64,000 bases of DNA from Escherichia virus KFS-EC: the sequence record MH560358; one strand, given 5' to 3'. Positions 1 through 7,954 of this stretch are shown one piece after another. The notes below the pieces were generated by a model that saw nothing but the letters and a program-made list of their open reading frames with translations, ran no database searches and had not been told where the DNA came from. The first letter of the stretch is position 1, and each line of letters starts with the position of its first letter. A program made the translations under genes and the position numbers.

Positions 1-16
1 ATTTGTTCAACCATTA

Positions 17-349
17 TCACACCTTTAAAGTCATAGACGCATAAACATTAATGCCAGGCCAGTTAGGATCGCAATTATACTCAACATCCCACAAATAAAG
101 CGGTTTAGATGTATCAGCCAAGTTTTTAAAATCTTCTACCCACATTTCAAGGCTATATGATGGATAAACTAGGCTATCATATCCGCCGTAACGTTGGCCT
201 ACTGGTCGGTCAGTAAAAACTACATCAAGATCCGGTAATTCTTTTTCAAGGATAACCGCCAGCGCATAAATCAGACGGTCTTCCTTGTTACGCTGCCGTA
301 GGACCGTTGTCAGTTGGTTTTTCTGGTTCACTAGCAAGCACCTCCACAT
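17..349 (-). CDS. hypothetical protein (about 110 aa)
   Basis: Six-frame ORF; first ATG at 349 (track start 355 is GTG). No recognisable motif. Overlaps the upstream gene by about 60 nt. Confidence 0.35.
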   Translation of the reverse strand: MWRCLLVNQKNQLTTVLRQRNKEDRLIYALAVILEKELPDLDVVFTDRPVGQRYGGYDSLVYPSYSLEMWVEDFKNLADTSKPLYLWDVEYNCDPNWPGINVYASMTLKV

Positions 350-608
350 TTTCACAGAATGAAATTTTCACAGACACAATTTTACCATAAGTGAAGAATG
401 AATATACATTATCGAGATATTCAACGTCACCTACAATCACATCAAACTGCGGATCAGCCACTGCCGCAACATATTCTACCAGTTCATCAAGAGAATGCAA
501 CTTAATTTCATCAATTCGGCTGTATTTGGTTGCATCTTTGATTTTAAAACCACGTTCTTTCAGCTTATCAATTAGAATTTCACGCGGAGTTTCAAACAGT
601 TTGCTCAT
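288..608 (-). CDS. hypothetical protein (106 aa)
   Basis: ORF with GAGG Shine-Dalgarno a few nt upstream of the ATG at 608; no recognisable motif. Confidence 0.45.
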   Translation of the reverse strand: MSKLFETPREILIDKLKERGFKIKDATKYSRIDEIKLHSLDELVEYVAAVADPQFDVIVGDVEYLDNVYSFFTYGKIVSVKISFCENVEVLASEPEKPTDNGPTAA

Positions 609-629
609 AATATAATCCTCACATTAAAT

Positions 630-830
630 CTAAAATTTGTTAACGACGAATTGCATAATTAGACTAATCACAAACATTGCAAACCAAGTATAAATGCAAC
701 AGATAAAAGCTACATACAATTCAATCTGGTCAGAGAATACACCTGGTAAAAGCATTAGCAAAATAACAACAGTAAAAACGCTAGCGATACCCGCAACAAA
801 ACCAATATCATTTTTACTAATCGTCATCAA
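630..830 (-). CDS. small hydrophobic (membrane) protein
   Basis: 66-aa ORF dominated by hydrophobic stretches; tandem with two similar small ORFs. Confidence 0.4.
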   Translation of the reverse strand: MMTISKNDIGFVAGIASVFTVVILLMLLPGVFSDQIELYVAFICCIYTWFAMFVISLIMQFVVNKF

Positions 831-1036
831 GTCACCGTTTTGTAAAGAAACACAATAAAATCCAAGACAAGAAAGACAGTGTAAATGATCATCGTCAAGA
901 CAGTAAACACTGTCAAATTTTCATCGTTAGTTAATTCATAGTCGCCCATCCATACAACCACAAGATATAGCATTGAAAGAATGGAAGCACCTACGAAGTT
1001 AAAAAACATATTCTTGAGCGTCATATTAACAACCAT
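827..1036 (-). CDS. small hydrophobic (membrane) protein
   Basis: 69-aa ORF with two hydrophobic segments; 4-nt stop/start overlap with neighbour. Confidence 0.4.
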   Translation of the reverse strand: MVVNMTLKNMFFNFVGASILSMLYLVVVWMGDYELTNDENLTVFTVLTMIIYTVFLVLDFIVFLYKTVT

Positions 1037-1208
1037 CGCGGCTTAAGTCAACAGCAATTGCATACAGCATAATGAATATGCTAGCCGATCCGAGAATCAA
1101 TACACCCTCACATTTTGAAACTCGCTCATCAAAATGTAACATTATCCATCCGAGGATGTTAAAGGCGCAGACCGCGCCTATGTTCGCTAACCAATTAATC
1201 TTTTTCAT
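1026..1208 (-). CDS. small hydrophobic (membrane) protein
   Basis: 60-aa ORF, hydrophobic core; overlaps neighbour. Confidence 0.35.
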   Translation of the reverse strand: MKKINWLANIGAVCAFNILGWIMLHFDERVSKCEGVLILGSASIFIMLYAIAVDLSRDGC

Positions 1209-1216
1209 AATATACC

Positions 1217-1543
1217 TTAGAAAGAAACAGTTTTCAAGAAATCCAGATTTTTAGTACCGAAAACAGAAAAGTAGTGTTTTCCTTTTTCGGTTTTAGAGAA
1301 AGCGATTGTCTTCTCTACATGGTGACGGAAGCCAGACAGACGATCACCCAGGTCAAGGCGGCAAGCGTAAGTAGTGCCGTTTTCGAAAGTAACCTCGATT
1401 TGAGTTTTGTCGTATTCGCTTTCATAGGCTTTTGCTGCCGCGTCCTGTGCTTTACGCTCGAAGTCTTCGAAGTGGAATACTTCGTTTGCGTTAGCGAATA
1501 CAGAAGATTCAGAGAAGATAACTTTAACAGATACTGGTTTCAT
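1217..1543 (-). CDS. hypothetical protein (108 aa)
   Basis: ORF whose ATG directly abuts a conserved promoter-leader cassette ending ...AGGAGTATCAAAATG. Confidence 0.55.
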   Translation of the reverse strand: MKPVSVKVIFSESSVFANANEVFHFEDFERKAQDAAAKAYESEYDKTQIEVTFENGTTYACRLDLGDRLSGFRHHVEKTIAFSKTEKGKHYFSVFGTKNLDFLKTVSF

Positions 1544-1620
1544 TTTGATACTCCTTAGTAGTTCGTGTTTCGTTTCGATGGGTGTATTATGCTATACACC
1601 CTCTCTCGTGTCAACAACTT
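1544..1620 (-). promoter_or_regulatory. PeSL-like early promoter + stem-loop + leader cassette
   Basis: Minus-strand reading: TTGACA -35, AT-rich -10 within an inverted repeat, conserved CGAAACGAAACAC leader, GGAG SD, ATG. Same cassette recurs at least 10 more times in the window. Confidence 0.6.
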
Positions 1621-1622
1621 TT

Positions 1623-1811
1623 TTAGTCTTTTTTCATAATTTCTAGAGCAGTTTCTACAGCACCTTTCCAACCTTCCCACATAATGGACATAGTAAGGAA
1701 GTTAAAGCACCCGCAGGAATCAACCTTTTTAGAGATAAACCATTCTACAAACGCTTCGCTCATACCATGCTCTTTAGCGGATTCGCGTAATTGTTCAATT
1801 TGGTCTTCCAT
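1623..1811 (-). CDS. hypothetical protein (62 aa)
   Basis: ORF with GAGGTGA SD upstream. Confidence 0.4.
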   Translation of the reverse strand: MEDQIEQLRESAKEHGMSEAFVEWFISKKVDSCGCFNFLTMSIMWEGWKGAVETALEIMKKD

Positions 1812-1833
1812 AGTATCACCTCAACACTTAACG

Positions 1834-2028
1834 TTATTCAAACTCAAACGGTCTATTCATCCTATTGTAAAAGTACATATAACAAGCATAGTTATGTTTT
1901 GGTTGTACCGTATCAGATAGACACGCTTTTACAGCCTCGCGGTCCGATGGGTCTACACCCTCAGCTTTAAGTAATTCTAAAATCTGGTTATAGCGTACTC
2001 TTAGTTGTACTAATGGTTTATCCCCCAT
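1834..2028 (-). CDS. hypothetical protein (64 aa)
   Basis: ORF with AGGGGG SD upstream. Confidence 0.4.
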   Translation of the reverse strand: MGDKPLVQLRVRYNQILELLKAEGVDPSDREAVKACLSDTVQPKHNYACYMYFYNRMNRPFEFE

Positions 2029-2037
2029 ATTACCCCC

Positions 2038-2259
2038 TTATAGTTGATCAGCGATGTAAGCGTGACAAGCGCGGAGTTTCATTAATGCACTACCTTTCAC
2101 TTCGCCTACGATGTTCATAACTTCTAAGCGGTCGGATGGATTCATCTTAGAGCACCAGATCTGGTTAGCCAATTCCAGTTTACTCATATTTGGTTCCATC
2201 TCAAACAGTTCACGCTCAAAGTCGATAATTTCTTTTGCTGCGTCTTTAAAGTTAATCAT
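2038..2259 (-). CDS. hypothetical protein (73 aa)
   Basis: ORF immediately downstream of a PeSL-like cassette. Confidence 0.5.
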   Translation of the reverse strand: MINFKDAAKEIIDFERELFEMEPNMSKLELANQIWCSKMNPSDRLEVMNIVGEVKGSALMKLRACHAYIADQL

Positions 2260-2322
2260 TTTGATTCTCCCGTTTCGTTGATGGTTGTATTGTAGGGGAG
2301 TTATCCTCCCCTGTCAACACTT
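2260..2322 (-). promoter_or_regulatory. PeSL-like early promoter cassette
   Basis: TTGACAGGGGAGGATAACTCCCCTACAATACAACCATCAACGAAACGGGAGAATCAAAATG on minus strand; GGGGAG...CTCCCC inverted repeat spans the -10 region. Confidence 0.6.
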
Positions 2323-2325
2323 TTA

Positions 2326-2511
2326 TCAGAAATATGCAATATAGTTTGCCAGTCCTACAGAGTCATCATTCGGCATTGCTTTTACTGCCAGTTCAAACCC
2401 TGCTTCAACTTTCTGTTTAGCGGATTCTTCGTTATAACCCCAGATTACCAGAATAGCTACTACGTTTTCTTTGCTTACTGCTTTCAGTGCTTTAGTGATG
2501 CGACGTGCCAT
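2326..2511 (-). CDS. hypothetical protein (61 aa)
   Basis: ORF preceded by PeSL-like cassette. Confidence 0.5.
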   Translation of the reverse strand: MARRITKALKAVSKENVVAILVIWGYNEESAKQKVEAGFELAVKAMPNDDSVGLANYIAYF

Positions 2512-2596
2512 AATTTGATTCTCCGTTTAAGAAAGTGTGTTTCGTTTCGATGGGTGTATTATGCTATAGGCCGGGTCTGGTGTCAACAACTTTTTT
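2512..2596 (-). promoter_or_regulatory. PeSL-like early promoter cassette
   Basis: TTGACA at about 2581-2586 (minus strand), conserved leader CGAAACGAAACACACTT and GGAG SD. Confidence 0.6.
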
Positions 2597-2614
2597 AAAA
2601 AAATTTTAGGCAAT

Positions 2615-2638
2615 AAAAAAGCCACTCCGAAGAGTGGC
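2615..2638 (-). terminator. intrinsic terminator (minus-strand orientation)
   Basis: GCCACTC-CGAA-GAGTGGC hairpin followed by a T-run when read on the minus strand. Confidence 0.6.
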
Positions 2639-2789
2639 TTATAGGGAAGGTAGCGAATCTTCCTTGTCTCCAACCTGCTAGCGGCCTAGCAAGTGAATGC
2701 TTTAGCGTACCGGATCGCCCACATACGCTGTAATAAATGCGGCTAGGTGACGTCCAAATCATTCTAACCGCGCTGTCTTTAGTTCACTA

Positions 2790-3008
2790 TTATTTATATC
2801 GCTTTCTCTCGCGACGTTTTTGATCTTCTTCCTTGATAGAGTTAAATGCATCAAAAAGACACATGACACTAATAATAAACATAACCGTATTTTCTACGAT
2901 ATCCCACGGCTTCGCATCAGTACAGATCCCCAAAACGGTAAGAAATGCAAATAAGGCAGAAGAGATCACAAGCATGATACTTGCTAAGATATAAAAAGTC
3001 ATTTTCAT
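2790..3008 (-). CDS. small membrane protein (72 aa)
   Basis: Two hydrophobic segments and a basic C-terminus (RRERKRYK). Confidence 0.45.
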   Translation of the reverse strand: MKMTFYILASIMLVISSALFAFLTVLGICTDAKPWDIVENTVMFIISVMCLFDAFNSIKEEDQKRRERKRYK

Positions 3009-3199
3009 GGTTTTACCTCAATTCTTCGATATTCATCACACATCCACGCAGTAAGCAAGAATCCCAACACATAAGCAACAAAATACGTTAATGCTTCTTC
3101 TGGTTCGGTGCTATGCGTCATCATCAGACCAGCGAGAAAGGTCTTAACAATTACATTTAAAATAATTAGCCACGCAAATAATTTCATCGTTTGCCCCAT
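3005..3199 (-). CDS. small membrane protein (64 aa)
   Basis: Hydrophobic segments; 4-nt overlap with neighbour. Confidence 0.45.
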   Translation of the reverse strand: MGQTMKLFAWLIILNVIVKTFLAGLMMTHSTEPEEALTYFVAYVLGFLLTAWMCDEYRRIEVKP

Positions 3200-3423
3200 T
3201 TCGGTCGAGTCTTTTCAAACTTATACATTCCGTAACAATCTCGAATCATCCACGTAACAAGAGCACCAGTCAACACAGACAATACACAGAAGAAGTAAAA
3301 CGGTCCGGTTGCATTATCAACATGAGCAAGCCAGGTAAAGAAAACACATGCTAAGAATGTAAAGAACATCATAAAGCACAAGAAAGCGAAATATTTTATA
3401 CTACTCATAGCGCCACCATACAA
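3184..3423 (-). CDS. small membrane protein (79 aa)
   Basis: Hydrophobic segments. Confidence 0.45.
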   Translation of the reverse strand: MYGGAMSSIKYFAFLCFMMFFTFLACVFFTWLAHVDNATGPFYFFCVLSVLTGALVTWMIRDCYGMYKFEKTRPKWGKR

Positions 3424-3511
3424 CAGATCATAAGAAAACCCAACGCAATAAGAATTGCATCAAATTTAGTGAACTCAGGTCCACCTATCAAAATCATTCG
3501 TTCTATTTCGT

Positions 3512-3709
3512 TCATAGCGTACAAAGCCATTTAAAAGCACCACATAAAGCGAGCAGAATACTAGGTATAAACGAGACCATAACAAGTTTGCAAAAATCAT
3601 CTAAGGTAACACCGGAATAGCTACCTACTGTAACAACACCGATCATCAGACACAGAAAGAAAACAAATGCAATCATAAACAAAGTATTGCTAAACAGTTT
3701 AGTGATCAT
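3512..3709 (-). CDS. small membrane protein
   Basis: Hydrophobic ORF. Start placed at internal ATG 3709 (GGGGTG SD; 11-nt overlap with upstream gene) rather than track start 3790. Confidence 0.35.
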   Translation of the reverse strand: MITKLFSNTLFMIAFVFFLCLMIGVVTVGSYSGVTLDDFCKLVMVSFIPSILLALCGAFKWLCTL

Positions 3710-3902
3710 TAGACACCCCACGACGATCAATTTCAAAAACTTTTTTATCATCAACGAAGCATGTAACAACTGCCTCGTTGACTTCCGCAAATTGTTGTGT
3801 TACCCACTTAAGGTCAGAGCGAAACAATGTTCTATTAATAACAAATGTTTTACCGCTCTTATCCTTACCCATAAATTTTGCTTTAACCATATCCAATTCC
3901 AT
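3699..3902 (-). CDS. hypothetical protein (67 aa)
   Basis: ORF with AAGGTGA SD upstream of ATG at 3902. Confidence 0.45.
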   Translation of the reverse strand: MELDMVKAKFMGKDKSGKTFVINRTLFRSDLKWVTQQFAEVNEAVVTCFVDDKKVFEIDRRGVSNDH

Positions 3903-3909
3903 ATTATCA

Positions 3910-4068
3910 CCTTATTTGCTAATCGCTAAACCCAATCCGAAGAGAGCACCCGATGCTACAGTATACCCGAAAGTTTCAAATGCAGTAAAGATATCTAAGC
4001 CACCAGCTAACAGAGTTGCAGTAAACAGAGTACCAGCTACGAACATAAAAGTTTTACCGATAAATTTC
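3910..4068 (-). CDS. small membrane protein (52 aa, MKFIGKTFMFVAGTLF...)
   Basis: ORF below the 60-aa track cutoff, found by hand; its ATG abuts a PeSL-like cassette (GGAGAATCAAAATG). Confidence 0.45.
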
Positions 4069-4140
4069 ATTTTGATTCTCCTTTCGTTTGTTTGTGGGGG
4101 GTATCTTACTACCCCCGTTTCATGTTGTCAACTATTTTTA
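4069..4140 (-). promoter_or_regulatory. PeSL-like early promoter cassette
   Basis: TTGACA (4126-4131 minus), GGGGGTAGTAAGATACCCCCC inverted repeat, leader CAAACAAACGAAAGGAGAATCAAAATG. Confidence 0.55.
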
Positions 4141-4515
4141 AGAATATTTTACTTCGTCTACAATGTCTTTCATGACATTGATTTCCATTCCGGTCAGAAC
4201 ACGTTGGAACATGTGCTGCACATACGCTTTCAGGTATTCATTTGATGGCTTACTATCGAAAGTCTTTTTAGTGTAGTAGTCATCACCGAAAGCTACTGTA
4301 ATTACATTTTCGTCGTCGTTCCAAGCGATATAAGCAAATTTGCCGTTATCCCAGAAGCGAGCACTAATTGCTACTTTTGTTGAATCGAATCCTACTTCGC
4401 TGTGAGATTCAAGAACTACTTGCGTACCAGTTTCTTTATGAATGTAGTAGCGGGATACTAAGTCAAAGTTACGGGTGTAGTGACATTCGAATTTATCTTT
4501 AAACATCATCATCAT
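4138..4515 (-). CDS. hypothetical protein (125 aa)
   Basis: ORF preceded by PeSL-like cassette. Confidence 0.55.
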   Translation of the reverse strand: MMMMFKDKFECHYTRNFDLVSRYYIHKETGTQVVLESHSEVGFDSTKVAISARFWDNGKFAYIAWNDDENVITVAFGDDYYTKKTFDSKPSNEYLKAYVQHMFQRVLTGMEINVMKDIVDEVKYS

Positions 4516-4588
4516 TTTGATTCTCCTAAGTGTGTTTCGTTTCTATGTGTGCATTATGCTATAGTCGTTTATGGTTGTCAACACCTAA
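4516..4588 (-). promoter_or_regulatory. PeSL-like early promoter cassette
   Basis: TTGACA (4576-4581 minus), conserved leader and SD. Confidence 0.6.
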
Positions 4589-4592
4589 AAAC

Positions 4593-4618
4593 AAAAAACC
4601 CCGAAAAATTTTCGGGGT
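4593..4618 (-). terminator. intrinsic terminator (minus-strand orientation)
   Basis: CCCCGAAAA/TTTTCGGGG hairpin with T-run on minus strand, just downstream of the 57B-like gene. Confidence 0.6.
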
Positions 4619-4624
4619 ATAAAA

Positions 4625-5095
4625 TTACAGTTTGGTCGTCCACTCCAGGTCTAGATCTTCGACATACTCATGAGATCGGACAATCTCTAAATCGAACTCT
4701 AGGTCAGTGCCAAATTTACGCGCACCAACATCATAAGAAAGCGTGATATGCGGTACATATTCAGGATAATCCCACGTCGCACCTAAAGCAGTGCCGATAT
4801 CGTGTCTGAATTGCATGTAGTCGCTTTCAAATGCCAGCACAAGCGCATTAGTACCGGATTGAGTTTCAAACACTTTCAGATGGCATAGAGAGCCTAAGAA
4901 CTTCTCCCCTTCTTCTGGGATAAACGGAACATAGACACGAGAATATAAGATAGTGCTATGCAGTTTATCACGAGGAACGGCATTAGGCAGATCGTAGAAC
5001 TCCTGCAATTTTTCAATGCGGTCTAGTGTATCCTCAGTGAATTTAACCGCCGCATATGTACCTTTAACGGATTCTCTAAACGGGGTCATAATCAA
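4625..5095 (-). CDS. 57B: 2H-phosphoesterase-family protein, T4 57B-like
   Basis: Two H-x-T/S-x motifs (LHSTIL and PHITLS), the hallmark of 2H phosphoesterases; position immediately downstream of the 57A-like gene. Confidence 0.55.
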   Translation of the reverse strand: MIMTPFRESVKGTYAAVKFTEDTLDRIEKLQEFYDLPNAVPRDKLHSTILYSRVYVPFIPEEGEKFLGSLCHLKVFETQSGTNALVLAFESDYMQFRHDIGTALGATWDYPEYVPHITLSYDVGARKFGTDLEFDLEIVRSHEYVEDLDLEWTTKL

Positions 5096-5358
5096 GCCTC
5101 CGTGATCAGTTCTACTTCCTCTTCTGCGTCTTCCGCTGCTTCGTCTTTAGGGAGAAGTGCTTTCACTTCTTCGACAATAGCATCAAGGGAAACAGTCCCG
5201 TTTTCGTCTGGCTGAATACCCAGAATGCGTACCAGTTCCATCAATACACGCTCACGATCTTTCAGTTGGCCTTCTAAGAATGCGGCCTTTTCTTGAGTGT
5301 CAAACAGACGTACTTTCAGGACATTAATCATTTGTTCATGCTGATTGGACATATTCAC
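5092..5358 (-). CDS. 57A: tail-fibre assembly chaperone gp57A-like
   Basis: 88-aa coiled-coil-like protein with acidic C-terminus, adjacent to gene 1; resembles T4 gp57A as recalled. Confidence 0.55.
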   Translation of the reverse strand: MNMSNQHEQMINVLKVRLFDTQEKAAFLEGQLKDRERVLMELVRILGIQPDENGTVSLDAIVEEVKALLPKDEAAEDAEEEVELITEA

Positions 5359-5384
5359 ATCTCCTACTTGTTGATAACTTTTTA

Positions 5385-6041
5385 TTAAATGTTCGCGAGA
5401 ATCGCGCTTTCAAATTCTTCTAATGTACCATTATTTATGATAATGGTTTCACCGTCAATAGGCAAAATTCCTTTTTCGGTGGAGTGAGTCGATACAATAC
5501 CAGTATCACGCTGAATATGCAACACCTTAGCACCCATAGCACGCATTAGAGCAATTTCAATAGGCTGACGCACATCAACCACTACAAAATACCCTTCTTC
5601 ATTTTTGCGCTTCATAAACTCATTCACGAAGAGATTACACCAATAAAGCGGATTGATCAAGTTAACCATTATATCAGTACCGAGAGTGGTTAACATGAGA
5701 CGAATAGACCAGACGTTATTATGTTTTTCGCCGATCTCATTAACGACCTTGTAAATCTCAGCCAGACGATCACAAGTAAAGGAACTACCGCCATACTTCG
5801 AATCTAGCATAAGCAGACACTGAATAAACCACTTATGCGCGGTATAGGTATCAATACCTAGATCGGCTTCTCTGTCACGCCCTAACCCGTCAAAGTCAAG
5901 ATAAGTCAGACCTAAGTCTGGTTGACATTCGCATAAGATTTCTTTGATCGGTGCTGCCAGTTGATAACTGTGTCCATCAATGATTAACGCGGCAGTATCT
6001 TTTCCTACTCGCTTTTTACCACAAAGTGCAATCAATTTCAT
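5385..6041 (-). CDS. 1: deoxynucleoside monophosphate kinase (gene 1)
   Basis: N-terminal P-loop MKLIALCGKKRVGKDT; size and position match T4 gp1. Confidence 0.75.
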   Translation of the reverse strand: MKLIALCGKKRVGKDTAALIIDGHSYQLAAPIKEILCECQPDLGLTYLDFDGLGRDREADLGIDTYTAHKWFIQCLLMLDSKYGGSSFTCDRLAEIYKVVNEIGEKHNNVWSIRLMLTTLGTDIMVNLINPLYWCNLFVNEFMKRKNEEGYFVVVDVRQPIEIALMRAMGAKVLHIQRDTGIVSTHSTEKGILPIDGETIIINNGTLEEFESAILANI

Positions 6042-6056
6042 TATATAAGCCTCTTA

Positions 6057-6647
6057 TTACTTTCTAAAAGCAGGGTGCATAGCTTTAATACCTTCCACCC
6101 TCTGACGATCCGCCGCCTGAATTGCTGGGCGAGGAACGATCAGTTGACCATCACGTTCAATGCTCATTGTTTTAAAGGGAAGAATTGCAGTACACACCAG
6201 AGATTCATGCATATCATCGGTGTATGTTAACTCAAGTTCCCCCAATTGTGAACACCAACAACCATAAAAGTTAAAAGTGCACACAATGTTACGTCGTTCG
6301 TTGTCCATCATGTGAACTTGAACGGCTTCCGGCATTGAATCCTTCCACGCAGTGGAGTTACCGTTATTGTAGTCTACTATAGAAAGCATCCATGTGTAAA
6401 GGTTTAGATAGCTTTCCAAATGCTCATCGACAATAAACCGGACTACCAACGGGTCAAACTCCACATGACTAGACGGATAATCAGCGACCGCCAAACCATA
6501 TTGACCAGCAACTTGCTTAGTCGGTGGAATGGTTATAGCCGGAAGTGTAACACCTTGAGCATTTAAAGTAAAGCCTTTTGTTAGTTGTCCATCTGGAATA
6601 TTGATCTGCCAGTTGCTGGGGTTAGCATAGTTAAAGAGATTAGACAT
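6057..6647 (-). CDS. 3: gp3-like tail completion / sheath stabiliser
   Basis: Assigned by position between gene 1 and gene 2 homologues and by size (196 aa); no diagnostic motif. Confidence 0.5.
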   Translation of the reverse strand: MSNLFNYANPSNWQINIPDGQLTKGFTLNAQGVTLPAITIPPTKQVAGQYGLAVADYPSSHVEFDPLVVRFIVDEHLESYLNLYTWMLSIVDYNNGNSTAWKDSMPEAVQVHMMDNERRNIVCTFNFYGCWCSQLGELELTYTDDMHESLVCTAILPFKTMSIERDGQLIVPRPAIQAADRQRVEGIKAMHPAFRK

Positions 6648-6724
6648 TACTGATTCCTCAAATGAAAATATTTATTAACAATTGTCGCTTTGCGACGTGC
6701 CGGAGGCACTGACTACTTTTTAAC

Positions 6725-6767
6725 CGAAACAAATTTTTATTATTCTAAAGATCTTTCTTCGTTTTGG
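6725..6767. repeat. copy A of a ~45-bp repeated intergenic element
   Basis: CGAAACAAATTTTTATTATTCTAAAGATCTTTCTTCGTTTTGG; near-identical to sequence at 42904-42961 and 43066-43111. Confidence 0.7.
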
Positions 6768-6836
6768 TTATGTTTTAACCAATAACTATATTTTTATACA
6801 GTAATAAATAAAACGGGTACTATACGAGGACTTCTT

Positions 6837-7091
6837 ATGACAGAAGACATTTTGTTAAAACTCTATGATCGTTTGGATAACGAATTAGCAACATTGCGGG
6901 GTGAAGTTCTCTATTTGTCTAAATGCAATACAGATCTGCTTAAGCAGATTGCAGAAAGGGATGACCAAATAAAATCCCTTTCAGGTGCATTACGTGATCG
7001 CGACAAGGCATTAGAGATTTTACAGCGTGTTACCAATAAGGAAGAATTAAAAGACTTCTTACATGGTTATGCTCATGCTATCGATCTATAA
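6837..7091 (+). CDS. hypothetical coiled-coil protein (84 aa)
   Basis: Plus-strand ORF between minus-strand gene 3 and gene 2 homologues; GAGGA SD upstream; heptad-like sequence. Confidence 0.4.
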   Translation: MTEDILLKLYDRLDNELATLRGEVLYLSKCNTDLLKQIAERDDQIKSLSGALRDRDKALEILQRVTNKEELKDFLHGYAHAIDL

Positions 7092-7092
7092 T

Positions 7093-7116
7093 AAAAAAGC
7101 CCGTCATTGACGGGCT
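7093..7116 (-). terminator. intrinsic terminator (minus orientation)
   Basis: GCCCGTCA-TT-TGACGGGC hairpin with T-run on minus strand, downstream of gene 2. Confidence 0.6.
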
Positions 7117-7121
7117 TAATG

Positions 7122-7943
7122 TTATGCATCCTTCCAAACTTTCCTTGCGTCGTATTTCTTGCCTTTTGACATAAACTGATATGTCGGCATATAGATAATA
7201 TTGCTCCAGTCTTTCGGGCTAATCTCAACAAGTTTTGTTTTAATGTGTCCCGGTAGATATGCTTTGATCATGTGGTCACTACCACGCATACCTTTTACAT
7301 CGCTCCATTTGATTTTTAAGCGTGTTTTATTGCTCAAGGTAGGAGTAGATGCATATTGCTTTAAAAGTGCTTCCAGAAACTGCTGACGGGCTTTAGGCGT
7401 TACATAGTGTAAGTTAAGACCCAGCATAACAGTATTACCCGCTTTTGTCTTAGAATCACCCAGACAAATGATCAGCGGGAAAACATCCCAATATGGCAAA
7501 GTGTCTTTATACTTCGCATCATACATAAAGGTATAGATTCGCCCTACTTGCGGTTTTACAATCTGGTGTCCCTTTATTCCCGCTTTTATTGTTTTAGTAA
7601 ACCACTCCTGTGATTTTTCTTTCGGACGACTCTTTGATACAGCACGCATAGACGCACGAAAATCATTAATCATCATCATTGCGCGTTGCTGCTTATTGAG
7701 ACCCTTTGCGCCTTTCCCTTTTAGTTTTTCAACTTCTATTGCTGTTTTAATTTCGCTGGCATAACGAGACATACTTTTAGTGAAAGTCGCATAGGCTATT
7801 CCCTTAGAATCTGCAAATGCTTTAGCTGTCATGCCTTTGGCTTTTGCTTTCGCAAATTCTACACCCAATTCGACCCACTGTTTAGACTTTCTTTTTTGGG
7901 GAGACGGCTTTTCGTCTTCTGTGATTATTTCAAATACGCTCAT
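7122..7943 (-). CDS. 2: gp2-like DNA end protector protein
   Basis: 273-aa basic protein in the 1-3-2-4 position; size matches T4 gp2 as recalled. Confidence 0.55.
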   Translation of the reverse strand: MSVFEIITEDEKPSPQKRKSKQWVELGVEFAKAKAKGMTAKAFADSKGIAYATFTKSMSRYASEIKTAIEVEKLKGKGAKGLNKQQRAMMMINDFRASMRAVSKSRPKEKSQEWFTKTIKAGIKGHQIVKPQVGRIYTFMYDAKYKDTLPYWDVFPLIICLGDSKTKAGNTVMLGLNLHYVTPKARQQFLEALLKQYASTPTLSNKTRLKIKWSDVKGMRGSDHMIKAYLPGHIKTKLVEISPKDWSNIIYMPTYQFMSKGKKYDARKVWKDA

Positions 7944-7954
7944 AATATTATCCT

